Positions 44,863 to 53,943 of a stretch of DNA of 64,000 nt are shown here, in pieces. Made by a program: the position numbers and the translations under genes. The stretch is from assembly GCA_963806225.1 (NCBI GenBank), contig CAWDXG010000002.1:30787-94786 (forward strand), in the 5' to 3' direction. How positions within the stretch are numbered: position 1 is the first letter of the stretch; every line of letters starts with the position of its first letter. Under the pieces are notes generated by a model that had not been told where the DNA came from, ran no database searches, and was given only the letters and a program-made list of their open reading frames with translations. Origin of the DNA: an uncultured delta proteobacterium. Its GTDB lineage: Bacteria > Myxococcota_A > Polyangia > Polyangiales > Polyangiaceae.

Positions 44863-46764
44863 CTAGCTCCGGCCCACCGCGCGCACGACCTGTTCGATTC
44901 CGGACGGATCGTCCAGCGTGGTGAGGTCGCCGGGATCGCGTCCTTCTGCGATGGCCTGGATCGAGCGGCGCAGCACCTTGCCCGAGCGGGTCTTGGGAAG
45001 CTGCCCGACGATCAACACCTGTTTCGGCCGTGCGATCGCGCCCAGCCGGCTGTCGACCGTGGACAGGATCTCCTTTTCGAGCGCAGCGCGCTTGTCGGGT
45101 GTGCCGGCCAGCGAAGCATCCCTGAGCACGGCGAAGCACAGCGGCATCTGTCCCTTGAGCGGATCGACGATGCCCACAACGGCGCATTCGGCGACCGCCG
45201 GGTGCGACGACACCGCCTCCTCGATCTCACGCGTACCGAGCCGATGCCCCGCCACGTTGATCACGTCGTCGGTGCGCCCCAGGATGAAGTAGTAGCCGTC
45301 CTTGTCGCACACCCCCCAGTCGAACGTCGTGTACACCTGCCGGCCGGGGACCGACGTGAAGTAGGTCTCGACGAATCGTTCATCCTGGCCCCACACCGTC
45401 GTCATGCAACCGGGCGGAAGTGGCGGCACGACGCACAGCACTCCCTTTTCGCCACGCGGCACTTCCTCCCCGCTGGCTTCGTGCAGCAACCGCACGTCGT
45501 AGCCGTAGGCGGGGAAGCCCGGGCTGCCCAGGCGCGGCGGCAGCTTCTCGATGCCGGGCATGCTGGTCAAGAGCGGCCAACCCGTCTCCGTCTGCCAGTA
45601 GTGATCGTAGACGGGCTTGCCCAGCGCGTCGGTGATCCAGCGGGCGGTCGGCTCGTCCAGCGGCTCGCCCGCCAGGAACAGGTGCCTGAGGGACGACAGG
45701 TCGTACTTCGACAGGTACGCCGGATCCTGCTTCTTGAGCACGCGCAGCGCCGTGGGAGCCGAGAACATCACCGTGACGCGTTCGTCCTCGACGATCTTCC
45801 ACAGGATGCCGGCATCCGGACGGATCGGCGTACCCTCGTACACCACCGTCGTCATGCCCTGGAGCAGCGGCCCGTACACGATGTAGGAGTGTCCGACGAC
45901 CCAGCCGATGTCCGACGTCGCAAAGTACGTCTCGCCCGGCCGCGCATCGTAGATGAGGTCCATGGACGCGGCCAGCGCCACGGCGTAGCCGCCGGTGTCC
46001 CGCTGCACGCCCTTCGGCATGCCCGTCGTGCCCGAGGTGTACAGGATGTACGACGGGTGGCTCGATTCCACATGGACGCAGGGCACGTCGGCGTCCATGT
46101 GGGCTTCGCGCAGCGCGGCGTAGTCCAGATCGCGACCGGCAACGGTCGACATCCCGGGATCGAGCCCGCGCCCCACGATCACGACTTTCTCCGGCGGATA
46201 TGCTGCGGCCGCCAGCGCCTTGTCCACCAGGTGCTTGTAGGGCACGACCTTGCCCGCCCGCATCCCGGCGTCCGCTGTGACCATGACCCGCGGGCGCGCG
46301 TCGTCGATGCGCGTCGCCAGCGACGCCGAAGCGAACCCTCCGAAGACGACGGAGTGGATCGCGCCGAGGCGCACCGTCGCGAGCATCGCGAACACAGCCT
46401 CCGGGATCATCGGCATGTAGATGAGCACGCGGTCGCCCTTCTCGACTCCCTGGGCCGCCAGCACCGCCGCCATCCGCTGCACCTCGCGATGCAACTCGGC
46501 ATAGCTGTACGAGCGGTGTTCGCCGGTCTCGGTCGAGATGTAGACGAGCGCCTTCTGCGCTGCGCGATCGCCGAGGTGCCGATCGACGGCGTTTTCACAC
46601 AGGTTCAGCTCGCCGCCGACGAACCACTTCGCGAACGGGGGCTTCGAGTAGTCCAGCACCGCGTCGAACGGCCGATGCCACTCGATGCGCTCCGCCTGTT
46701 CCGACCAGAAGGCGTCCCGCTCCTCGATCGAGCGGCGGTGCAATTCCTCGTATCGGCTGCTCAT
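44863..46764 (-). CDS. prpE: Propionyl-CoA synthetase
   Basis: YILYTSGTTGMPKGVQRDTGGY, SDIGWVVGHSY, DHYWQTETG, PKTRSGK. Confidence 0.9.
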   Translation of the reverse strand: MSSRYEELHRRSIEERDAFWSEQAERIEWHRPFDAVLDYSKPPFAKWFVGGELNLCENAVDRHLGDRAAQKALVYISTETGEHRSYSYAELHREVQRMAAVLAAQGVEKGDRVLIYMPMIPEAVFAMLATVRLGAIHSVVFGGFASASLATRIDDARPRVMVTADAGMRAGKVVPYKHLVDKALAAAAYPPEKVVIVGRGLDPGMSTVAGRDLDYAALREAHMDADVPCVHVESSHPSYILYTSGTTGMPKGVQRDTGGYAVALAASMDLIYDARPGETYFATSDIGWVVGHSYIVYGPLLQGMTTVVYEGTPIRPDAGILWKIVEDERVTVMFSAPTALRVLKKQDPAYLSKYDLSSLRHLFLAGEPLDEPTARWITDALGKPVYDHYWQTETGWPLLTSMPGIEKLPPRLGSPGFPAYGYDVRLLHEASGEEVPRGEKGVLCVVPPLPPGCMTTVWGQDERFVETYFTSVPGRQVYTTFDWGVCDKDGYYFILGRTDDVINVAGHRLGTREIEEAVSSHPAVAECAVVGIVDPLKGQMPLCFAVLRDASLAGTPDKRAALEKEILSTVDSRLGAIARPKQVLIVGQLPKTRSGKVLRRSIQAIAEGRDPGDLTTLDDPSGIEQVVRAVGRS

Positions 46765-46830
46765 GGGCCCTCCTCGACTGGTTCGTGATGCTCCAGTCCA
46801 GGTCCGTATGCGCCGCTCTGCTCCGCCGGG

Positions 46831-46926
46831 CTACAGCACGAACAGCCGGAGCATGATGAACACTGGCAAGCCCACGAAAACGAGCTTCCAGATGACGCTG
46901 TAGAAAAGGTCGTCGCCACGCTGCAT
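46831..46926 (-). CDS. 31-aa small membrane protein (not in ORF track)
   Basis: MQRGDDLFYSVIWKLVFVGLPVFIMLRLFVL; nearly all codons end in G/C. Confidence 0.65.
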   Translation of the reverse strand: MQRGDDLFYSVIWKLVFVGLPVFIMLRLFVL

Positions 46927-46976
46927 CGCACCGCCAGCCTAGCGCATTTCCAGCATCTTGCGACAGGGCAACACCC

Positions 46977-48905
46977 CTACGCCCCGACGCGGGTACGCGA
47001 CCCGCCGCCGACCAGCCGCTCGAGCAGAGCGATGCGGGCCCGGATCACCTCGCCTTGCTCGGTGTCGCCGAGCCGGCGCGGCTCGGCAAACTCCCGGATC
47101 ACGCTGACCTCCGGCACGATGTCCACGCCCTCCTCGACCGCTGCCTCGACCGATTCGAAGTGGTGATGCTTGGCCAGGCGCGTTCCCTCCGCGTCGAGCA
47201 CCAGGGTGAATCCGTGATCGCCGTAGGCCTCCGAGAAGGCACCGTCGATCGTGATCGCCTTCCCGCTCTTCTTCAGCGGCGACTCGCCGGCATCGATCTT
47301 CACCGGCACGTGCCCGTTGACGATGAGGCCCTGCTCCGGATCCACTCCGAACTCGCGCAGGATCCGCTCGCAGAAGGCCGCGTCGTGGATCAGGCGGAAA
47401 TACGGGTTCTTGGTCTCCACGTGCGCGGCCGGGTCGGCCACCAGATCCCGCTCGAAGGTGGTGATGCGATCCTTGCCGAAGCACGGCGAGCGCGGACCGC
47501 ACCACAGGTACCAGATCAGATCCAGGTCCCGCTCCGTCGGCTGTTCGATCGCCCGGTAGACGACCGCCTCGAGCGCCTCGAACAGCGCCCGGCCGCTGCG
47601 CGGCTTGCCGTCGACCTCGAACTCGAGCGGCCGTCCGTCGTCGTCGACCGGAACGCAGCCATGGAAGACGAGATTGCGATCGCGCACGAGCCACAGCGCC
47701 CCGAGCTCCACCATCCGGCGCACGTGCTCCCATAGCTTCTGGCTGGACAGGAACGACTGGCGGATCCGCGCCATGCACGCGGCTTCCTGTTCCGACAGCC
47801 GACTCGGGTCGCGCGGGTCGACGGTGGGGAAGCGCGTGTCCTCGAGCGGATAGCTCCGTCCGTCGATGCTCACGCTGCCGGCCGCAAGGTCCATCGCGGT
47901 GATCAGACGGCGATTGTCCAGACCGAAGGCGGGATTACGCTGGATCAACTGCGCCTCGAGCTTGTACTGCATCACCGCCGCGGCCTTCTGCATGCGCCGC
48001 ATCGTGAGCTGGTCGCGCATGCCCTCGCCGCGCGGCGCCCAGCGTTCCGCCGGATCGTCGGCGTAGCACTCGCGGACGAGGCGCTCGAGCGGCTGCAGCG
48101 TGATGCCGTAGCCTTCTTCCAGCTGCGAGAAGCGCCGGTAGCGCGACGAGATCCTGAGCACGTGTGCGATCAGCGCCTCGTTCCCCAACGCCGCCCCGAT
48201 CCAGCCCGCGTCGTGGTTTCCCCACGTAAAATGCACGTTCGGCTGGTGCAGCAGGTAGTCGACGACGCGATCGCCGCGCGGTCCCCGATCCCAGCAGTCA
48301 CCCGCCACGACGAGCTCGTCCACGACGAGATCCCGCGCCAGCCGCGCTGCCAGCCGGATCAACAGCTCGGCGCGGCCGCCGGGCATCAGCGCGCCCACCA
48401 CGGCGCCAAGGTAGTCGTCGCCCCGCTCGGGCGCGCTGTCGAACAGAAGCTCCTGCAATAGCAGGCCGTAGCTCTCCGGCAGCGCGCGCTGCACGCGATG
48501 CACGGTGGCCCGCTGCGCCACCGCTCTCAGCACCTCCAGCACGTCCGACAGCGCATCCACCAGCCAGCGGCGGCGCTCGGCGGTATCTTCGAGCGCAGGA
48601 GCCAGCCGCTCCACCGTTTCATGCGGGTAGAACACCAGCGCGATCACATGATCGATCCGGCTCTGGTCGTAGCGCGCGCGGAACAGTCCCTCGACCAGCG
48701 GGCGGAGCGCGCCCGACGCGTTGTTGACGACATGCCGGAGCTTCTTGTCCTCGCCGTGCACGTCCGAGACGACGTGCACCGTCGGCTTGGGCAACAGCAG
48801 CTGCCCCTCCAGGCGCGCGATCTCCGCGAAGGCGTCGTCCGCGAGTGGAAAAGCGCGACGCGCGAGCTCGAGCGCGGCGAGGTCCGTTCCGGATCGGGGG
48901 CCCAT
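46977..48905 (-). CDS. fbp: Fructose-1,6-bisphosphatase class III
   Basis: LPKPTVHVVSDVHGE, GDCWDRGP, WGNHD, WYLWCGPRSPCFGKD, NGHVPVK..GESP, IDGAFSEAY. Confidence 0.9.
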   Translation of the reverse strand: MGPRSGTDLAALELARRAFPLADDAFAEIARLEGQLLLPKPTVHVVSDVHGEDKKLRHVVNNASGALRPLVEGLFRARYDQSRIDHVIALVFYPHETVERLAPALEDTAERRRWLVDALSDVLEVLRAVAQRATVHRVQRALPESYGLLLQELLFDSAPERGDDYLGAVVGALMPGGRAELLIRLAARLARDLVVDELVVAGDCWDRGPRGDRVVDYLLHQPNVHFTWGNHDAGWIGAALGNEALIAHVLRISSRYRRFSQLEEGYGITLQPLERLVRECYADDPAERWAPRGEGMRDQLTMRRMQKAAAVMQYKLEAQLIQRNPAFGLDNRRLITAMDLAAGSVSIDGRSYPLEDTRFPTVDPRDPSRLSEQEAACMARIRQSFLSSQKLWEHVRRMVELGALWLVRDRNLVFHGCVPVDDDGRPLEFEVDGKPRSGRALFEALEAVVYRAIEQPTERDLDLIWYLWCGPRSPCFGKDRITTFERDLVADPAAHVETKNPYFRLIHDAAFCERILREFGVDPEQGLIVNGHVPVKIDAGESPLKKSGKAITIDGAFSEAYGDHGFTLVLDAEGTRLAKHHHFESVEAAVEEGVDIVPEVSVIREFAEPRRLGDTEQGEVIRARIALLERLVGGGSRTRVGA

Positions 48906-49178
48906 CGACCCATCCTAGCCGTTCCGCCCCACGGCGCGAGGCGGTTCAGGGCGGACGGTCGTTCGCCGCCGCGCCGGAGTTGGCGGTCAAGCAGGCACCC
49001 AGCACCGTGGAAAAGGCCGGGCCACGCGGGCATGCAAAGACCGGGCCGAACCGGACTCCCGTGCGAGCCCGGTCATCCGCCGGAACGGAACGGGTGGTGT
49101 TCCCGCGAGGGCATGATTATGAGAACACGCATTGTCCAACGGGAACAGACGAGCCTACCCTGTCCCCACGGAGGAGTC

Positions 49179-49547
49179 ATGACGAGAGCCTGGTACCTAT
49201 TTGCGCTGAGTGGCGCGTTCCTGATCGCGGGTTGCGGCAGCTCGATGCCCGTGCCCGCCACGCAGATGACCACGTCCAAGGCGGACATCCGCGCTGCCGA
49301 GGAAGTCGGCGCACCCAACAACCCGCAGGCAGCCCTGCACCTGAAGATGGCGCGCGACCAGATCACGGACGCCGAGGCGCTGATCAAGGACGGCGAGAAC
49401 GAGAAGGCATCACTGGTGCTCGACCGCGCCGATGCGGACGCACAGCTCGCCATCGAGCTGACCCACGCCGCCAACCTGAAGGCGAAGGCGTCCGATGAGA
49501 TGAAGAAGGTCCAGGAGCTGAAGAAGAAGGCGGCTGAAGGCGATTGA
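49179..49547 (+). CDS. DUF4398-like lipoprotein
   Basis: RBS GGAGGAG, lipobox IAGC, AAEEVGA, RADADAQLA; paired with ompA. Confidence 0.8.
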   Translation: MTRAWYLFALSGAFLIAGCGSSMPVPATQMTTSKADIRAAEEVGAPNNPQAALHLKMARDQITDAEALIKDGENEKASLVLDRADADAQLAIELTHAANLKAKASDEMKKVQELKKKAAEGD

Positions 49548-49564
49548 GCGCGAGGCAATAAGCA

Positions 49565-50560
49565 ATGAAGACCATACGATATTCCAGACAGTTCGGACCT
49601 CTCGCCCTCGCCGGCGTGCTGGCGGGCCTTAGCGCCTGCGGCGCAGCAACGCCTAGCAAGGAGCTCGTCGCGGCCCGCAGCGCGTACGACGCCGCGTCGC
49701 AGGGCAAAGCCAACAAGCTCGTACCCGACAAGGTGCTGACCGCTAAGCAGGCACTCGACCGCGCCGAGGCGGCGTTCAAGAACGACCCCGGCTCGTTCAA
49801 GGAACGGAGCCTCGCCTACGTGGCCGAGCGCAAGGCCGAGATCGCCGATGCTCTCGCCGAGCAGGCCGAAGCGAAGGCCTCGATGGGCCAGGCCAACGAG
49901 AACTACAAGGCCGAGCAGGATAGGCTCCGCCTGGCCGAGAAGAAGAAGGCCGAGGCGACAGCCAAGGCGCTCGAAGAGAACCAGCGCCACCTCAAGGAAG
50001 TCCGCGACAAGCTCGCCCAGCAGGGCACCAAGCTGGATGCGGCCGGCAAGGCGCTGAAGAAGCAGGAAGCCGAGCTCGCCGCCCGCAAGAAGGAGCTCGA
50101 AGCCGAACAGGCGGCGCTCAAGACGGAGCACGCCGCTCGCGAGGAGGCCGAGAAGAAGTACAAGGCCGCGATGGCCAGCCTGCAGGAGATGGCCAAGGTC
50201 CAGCAAGACCAACGCGGCATGGTCATCACGCTGAGCGGCGCCGTGCTGTTCACGACCGGCAAGGCGGACCTGCTTCCGATCGCCCAGGACAAGCTCGAGA
50301 AGGTCGCCACGGTGCTCCAGGAGCAGGATCCGAGCAAGAAGATCGTGGTCTACGGCTACACCGACTCGATCGGCACCAAGGCAAACAACCAGAAGCTCAG
50401 CCAGGCGCGCGCGGAGACCGTGCGCAATTTCCTGGTGCAGAAGGGCGTCGACTCGTCCCGCATCTCGGCCGTCGGCAAGGGTGAAGACGACCCGGTCGCG
50501 ACCAACAAGACGCCGGAAGGCCGCGCCAACAACCGCCGCGTCGAGATCGTCGTCCACTAG
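49565..50560 (+). CDS. OmpA-family lipoprotein with coiled coil
   Basis: VLFTTGKA, GYTDSIG, NQKLSQARA, NRRVEI. Confidence 0.94.
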   Translation: MKTIRYSRQFGPLALAGVLAGLSACGAATPSKELVAARSAYDAASQGKANKLVPDKVLTAKQALDRAEAAFKNDPGSFKERSLAYVAERKAEIADALAEQAEAKASMGQANENYKAEQDRLRLAEKKKAEATAKALEENQRHLKEVRDKLAQQGTKLDAAGKALKKQEAELAARKKELEAEQAALKTEHAAREEAEKKYKAAMASLQEMAKVQQDQRGMVITLSGAVLFTTGKADLLPIAQDKLEKVATVLQEQDPSKKIVVYGYTDSIGTKANNQKLSQARAETVRNFLVQKGVDSSRISAVGKGEDDPVATNKTPEGRANNRRVEIVVH

Positions 50561-50595
50561 CGCCGCGATCCCGCAAGCCACAAGAGCCGGAAATC

Positions 50596-50657
50596 CGCCG
50601 CGACGCGGCCCCCCGCGTCGCGGCGCTGCGTGAACCGCCGTCGCGGGCGGCGGGTTC
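50596..50657. terminator. Two GC-rich hairpins between convergent genes
   Basis: cgccgcgacgcgg-cccc-ccgcgtcgcggcg (13-bp stem) followed by gaaccgccg...cggcgggttc. Confidence 0.6.
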
Positions 50658-50658
50658 G

Positions 50659-52311
50659 CTAGAGGTCGTCCTCGGTGCCCCAGCCGTGTGCGGCGGTCAG
50701 GCGTTCCGAGGCGGCGCGAAGCTCCGCAGCGAGGCGCCCGCGGCGGGCTGACTTCCAGGCAGCGGCGAAATCCCGCGCGGAGCCGAGGCGCTGCTCGGGC
50801 CGCTTGGCGAGCGCGAGGGCGACTACAGCGTCGATGTCAGCGGGCACCGCACAAAGCTCGCCAGGACGGACGGGCTGCGAGTGCAGCGAGGCGTACAGCG
50901 TGGCGGCAGCAGACGGGCCACGGAAAGCCGGGCGCCCGGTGAGCGCGCGGTACACCACCGCGCCCAGCGAGAACACGTCCGCGCGCCGATCCACGGTCGC
51001 GGCCAGGGCCTGCTCCGGGGCCATGTACGCCGGCGTGCCGATGGCCGCGCCTTGCGTCAGCGTGCCCGAGCCGCTGGCCATCATCGAGACGCCGAAGTCG
51101 AGCACCTTCCAGGCGACGCTTGGCTCGATGGTGAGGAACAGGTTCTGCGGTTTGATGTCGCGATGTACGACGCCCGCCTCGTGAGCGGCATGCAGCGCGT
51201 CGCAGACCTGCTCGACCAGCGCGTCGATCTCGTCGAGGGGCAACGATTCACGCTGGCGCAGATCCGACGCGAGGTCCAGCCCGTGCAGGAGCTCGAGCAC
51301 CAGGTAGGGCGCGCCGTCGCTGTCCGTGCCGGACGCGAACAGCCGGGGAATGTGCGGCGACTCGAGCACGGCGGTGATCTCTGCTTCGCGGAAGAAGCGC
51401 GCGACCTGGCCTTCCGACTCGGCCACGTGCGGGTGCAGCACCTTGAGGGCGACTTCCTGCCCGGAGTCGCGCGCCGTCGCCTGGTACACCTCGCCCATCG
51501 CGCCCCGACCGATGACGCTGCCGATCAGGAATCCGTCCACGTCGCGACCCGTCAGGCGGCCCGTGCGCGCGCCGCCGACCACGCGATCGAGATCCTCGTG
51601 GGCTTCGGCAAGCAGAGCATCGCGCTGTCGGATCCCGCGCCGCGCCCGCTCGAGCTCTGCCATCGCCAGCAGCGTGGAGCGGCGGCTGCGCGCGGACAGC
51701 CAGTACGTCGCGCCCAGGAGCGCGGTAACGGCAATCCCCGCGCTCAGGACGTGGCCCCGGTCCGTGAACGCGGCGACGGGGATCATGCCCGTCGGCGGCA
51801 CGAGGCCGCTGGCCGCCAGCAACGTGAGCACGGCCTCGCCGCCGACCGCAGTTGCAGCCACCCAGCGCCGCCGCGGCGCCGAATTGCCGAGGCCGTAGTA
51901 GTAGACGACCACGGGCAGGATGATGACGGGGCCGCCGACGGCGCCGAAGTACAGGCACGAGCCCAGAACCAGGATCACCAGCGCGACGCCGATCGCGGTC
52001 GAGACCCCGTCTCCGTACGGGCGCGTGCGGCTCATCACGATGAGCACACCGATCACGGCGGCGACGGCCGCGTACAGCGCGACGAGCGCCCAGGTCAGCG
52101 CCGTCTTCCCCGGCATGAGCGCGATGGCGCCGCAGAACAGCACCAGCGCGACGAACAAGGCGCGCAGCGCTCCCAGGCGCGTGCGTATCTCCTCGCTCGC
52201 CAGGACGCCCGGATCGAGCATCGAGGGCGCCTCGTCGCCACGCGCAAATCCGCCCGGCAGCACCTCCGTCGGCGCGTCGCTCGCTCCAGCTCCTGACTCC
52301 CCGACCGTCAC
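50659..52311 (-). CDS. Ser/Thr kinase with N-terminal multi-TM domain (start uncertain)
   Basis: 5-6 TM helices, then GRGAMG, VALK, HRDIKPQN, DFG, APE. Confidence 0.93.
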   Translation of the reverse strand: MTVGESGAGASDAPTEVLPGGFARGDEAPSMLDPGVLASEEIRTRLGALRALFVALVLFCGAIALMPGKTALTWALVALYAAVAAVIGVLIVMSRTRPYGDGVSTAIGVALVILVLGSCLYFGAVGGPVIILPVVVYYYGLGNSAPRRRWVAATAVGGEAVLTLLAASGLVPPTGMIPVAAFTDRGHVLSAGIAVTALLGATYWLSARSRRSTLLAMAELERARRGIRQRDALLAEAHEDLDRVVGGARTGRLTGRDVDGFLIGSVIGRGAMGEVYQATARDSGQEVALKVLHPHVAESEGQVARFFREAEITAVLESPHIPRLFASGTDSDGAPYLVLELLHGLDLASDLRQRESLPLDEIDALVEQVCDALHAAHEAGVVHRDIKPQNLFLTIEPSVAWKVLDFGVSMMASGSGTLTQGAAIGTPAYMAPEQALAATVDRRADVFSLGAVVYRALTGRPAFRGPSAAATLYASLHSQPVRPGELCAVPADIDAVVALALAKRPEQRLGSARDFAAAWKSARRGRLAAELRAASERLTAAHGWGTEDDL

Positions 52312-52406
52312 GGCTTCGCGGGTGACCGTGCCGCGGGAAGCGGATCCGCACAAGTGGCGCGGCGCCCGCGCTCGACGCGGAGATCGCGCGGGGGTAGCTT
52401 TCCCGG

Positions 52407-52748
52407 GTGAGGACGCGGCTCTTGTGGCTGCTGTTGCTGGTTCCGGGATGCAGGGCTGCGGGAGCGCCGACCTACGCCGGGGCGGCGTTGTTCGCGGGCA
52501 CGGCGGTCGGCGCGACGGCCGTGAATCGAGCGATCACGGGCGACTGTTGGGCGACGTGCTCGAAGGGTTGGCACTGCGACCACGAATCGGGACTGTGCGA
52601 AAGGGAACAGAGCCCGCCGGGCGTCAAACCCATCCAGCGCCCGCCGCGCGACGCGGGAGTGGCAGTCGATTCCGGCGAGCCCCCAACGGCCGCCGACACG
52701 GACGCCGCGCCGATCGATGCGGAACCCGACGTTGCCGACGCGGATTGA
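52407..52748 (+). CDS. Small Cys-containing lipoprotein-like protein
   Basis: Signal peptide with VPGC; CWATCSKGWHCDHESGLC. Confidence 0.65.
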   Translation: MRTRLLWLLLLVPGCRAAGAPTYAGAALFAGTAVGATAVNRAITGDCWATCSKGWHCDHESGLCEREQSPPGVKPIQRPPRDAGVAVDSGEPPTAADTDAAPIDAEPDVADAD

Positions 52749-52827
52749 CCACGACCTCGTCCGCCGGGGCCGCGCGCGCCCTGCGACCCACAACACCGCC
52801 AGGATAAGCCTGGTACCCGAGCCACCG

Positions 52828-53139
52828 ATGCCGCCCAAGCCGTTCTGTTTCCCGCTCCCGATGTTCCTGGCCCCGCTCGCCACCCTGGCCGAGCCCGGCT
52901 ACGCGCCAAGTCCGGTCCAGACGTTGATTCCCATTGTCGGAATGGCGGTCGCCATCGCCGCGCTGATCGGCGCCGGTGCCGCGGGCTGGTGGATCTGCGG
53001 CCGGGTGCTGCCGAGCGCCCCGAAGGCCCGGATCGTGGCCCGCGTCGCCGTCGTGCTGACGACGCTCGCCGTGGCGATATTCGTGTTGCCGTTCGTCCTC
53101 GTTTTCCTGCTTTTCGCGGCGGCGGGTCGGACAATGTAG
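52828..53139 (+). CDS. Small two-TM membrane protein
   Basis: Two long hydrophobic helices; start uncertain. Confidence 0.55.
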   Translation: MPPKPFCFPLPMFLAPLATLAEPGYAPSPVQTLIPIVGMAVAIAALIGAGAAGWWICGRVLPSAPKARIVARVAVVLTTLAVAIFVLPFVLVFLLFAAAGRTM

Positions 53140-53203
53140 GACGCCTCGTCGCAAGACAAGACAAGCCTGGCGTCCTGACGAGCGACGCCCAGAGTGCGGC
53201 AGA

Positions 53204-53225
53204 GCGTCCCTAACGGGATTCGAAC
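53204..53225 (-). mobile_element. Displaced tRNA 3' end (tRNA-Glu-like), att site of a genomic island
   Basis: Minus strand GTTCGAATCCCGTTAGGGACGC = T-loop, 3' T-stem, acceptor strand and G discriminator; no 5' tRNA half. Confidence 0.75.
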
Positions 53226-53338
53226 GCCAGACCGGACGCACGATCGAGGGGGTATCGGGGGCCATCGGCGACCGAACCGACCCGCGAGAAGACGCCAATA
53301 CCGGGCGTATCCCGCCGAATCCTGGCGCGGCTGGACGA

Positions 53339-53641
53339 TTGGGGGTGATCCTGGCGCCCGCCGCGGTTAGGCCTGCCCCGAGCTCACGCCCCGCAGCGCC
53401 GGCACGCCCCGCCGAGGCGCAGGCAAGTGCCGACCGCCTTGCGCTCGGCGGTGTGGTCGAGACAGCACTGGCGCGTGCATTGTTGCTCGCTGCCGAGGCG
53501 GGCCGCTGGGAGGTCGTGGTCCAGATCGCACGTGAGTTGGAGCGGCGGAGCGCCGCGCGCAACGGGCGCACGGGTGTCGACGCAGATCGCGCGGAAATCG
53601 GCAGCGTGCCGGGACGGCCAGGCGCGCCCGGGCGATTCTAG
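53339..53641 (+). CDS. Hypothetical helical ORF next to the att site
   Basis: VETALARALLLAAEAGRWEVVVQIARELERR looks like genuine coding sequence; start doubtful. Confidence 0.45.
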   Translation: MGVILAPAAVRPAPSSRPAAPARPAEAQASADRLALGGVVETALARALLLAAEAGRWEVVVQIARELERRSAARNGRTGVDADRAEIGSVPGRPGAPGRF

Positions 53642-53943
53642 TTGCTGGTGGGGTTCGAACAGCCCGGAAGGGAGACGCCGCGCTCCAAGCCGGGCCACGA
53701 AGTGGGCCAGCGAAGCGCGAACCAGCATCAAAAAAGGGGGGGCCCCAAACGGGATTGCCACGTAATATTGCGGAACGGGAGGGCCGGCCGACCATAGCGC
53801 TGGTGCTTTGCAACGCCCGGGACCTGGACACCGCTTGACAGAGGTCAAGAACCGGCACGGTCGGGACCAGAACGTCGCCTTTTCGCAGCTCATCGGGTGC
53901 CGGTTGGCTGCCGAGCACACCCTCGTGGTAGGGCGGGCCGATC

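Noticed and set aside
53150..53290. Complete tRNA gene
   Set aside because: Only the T-loop and acceptor 3' strand are present; no D or anticodon arm can be folded
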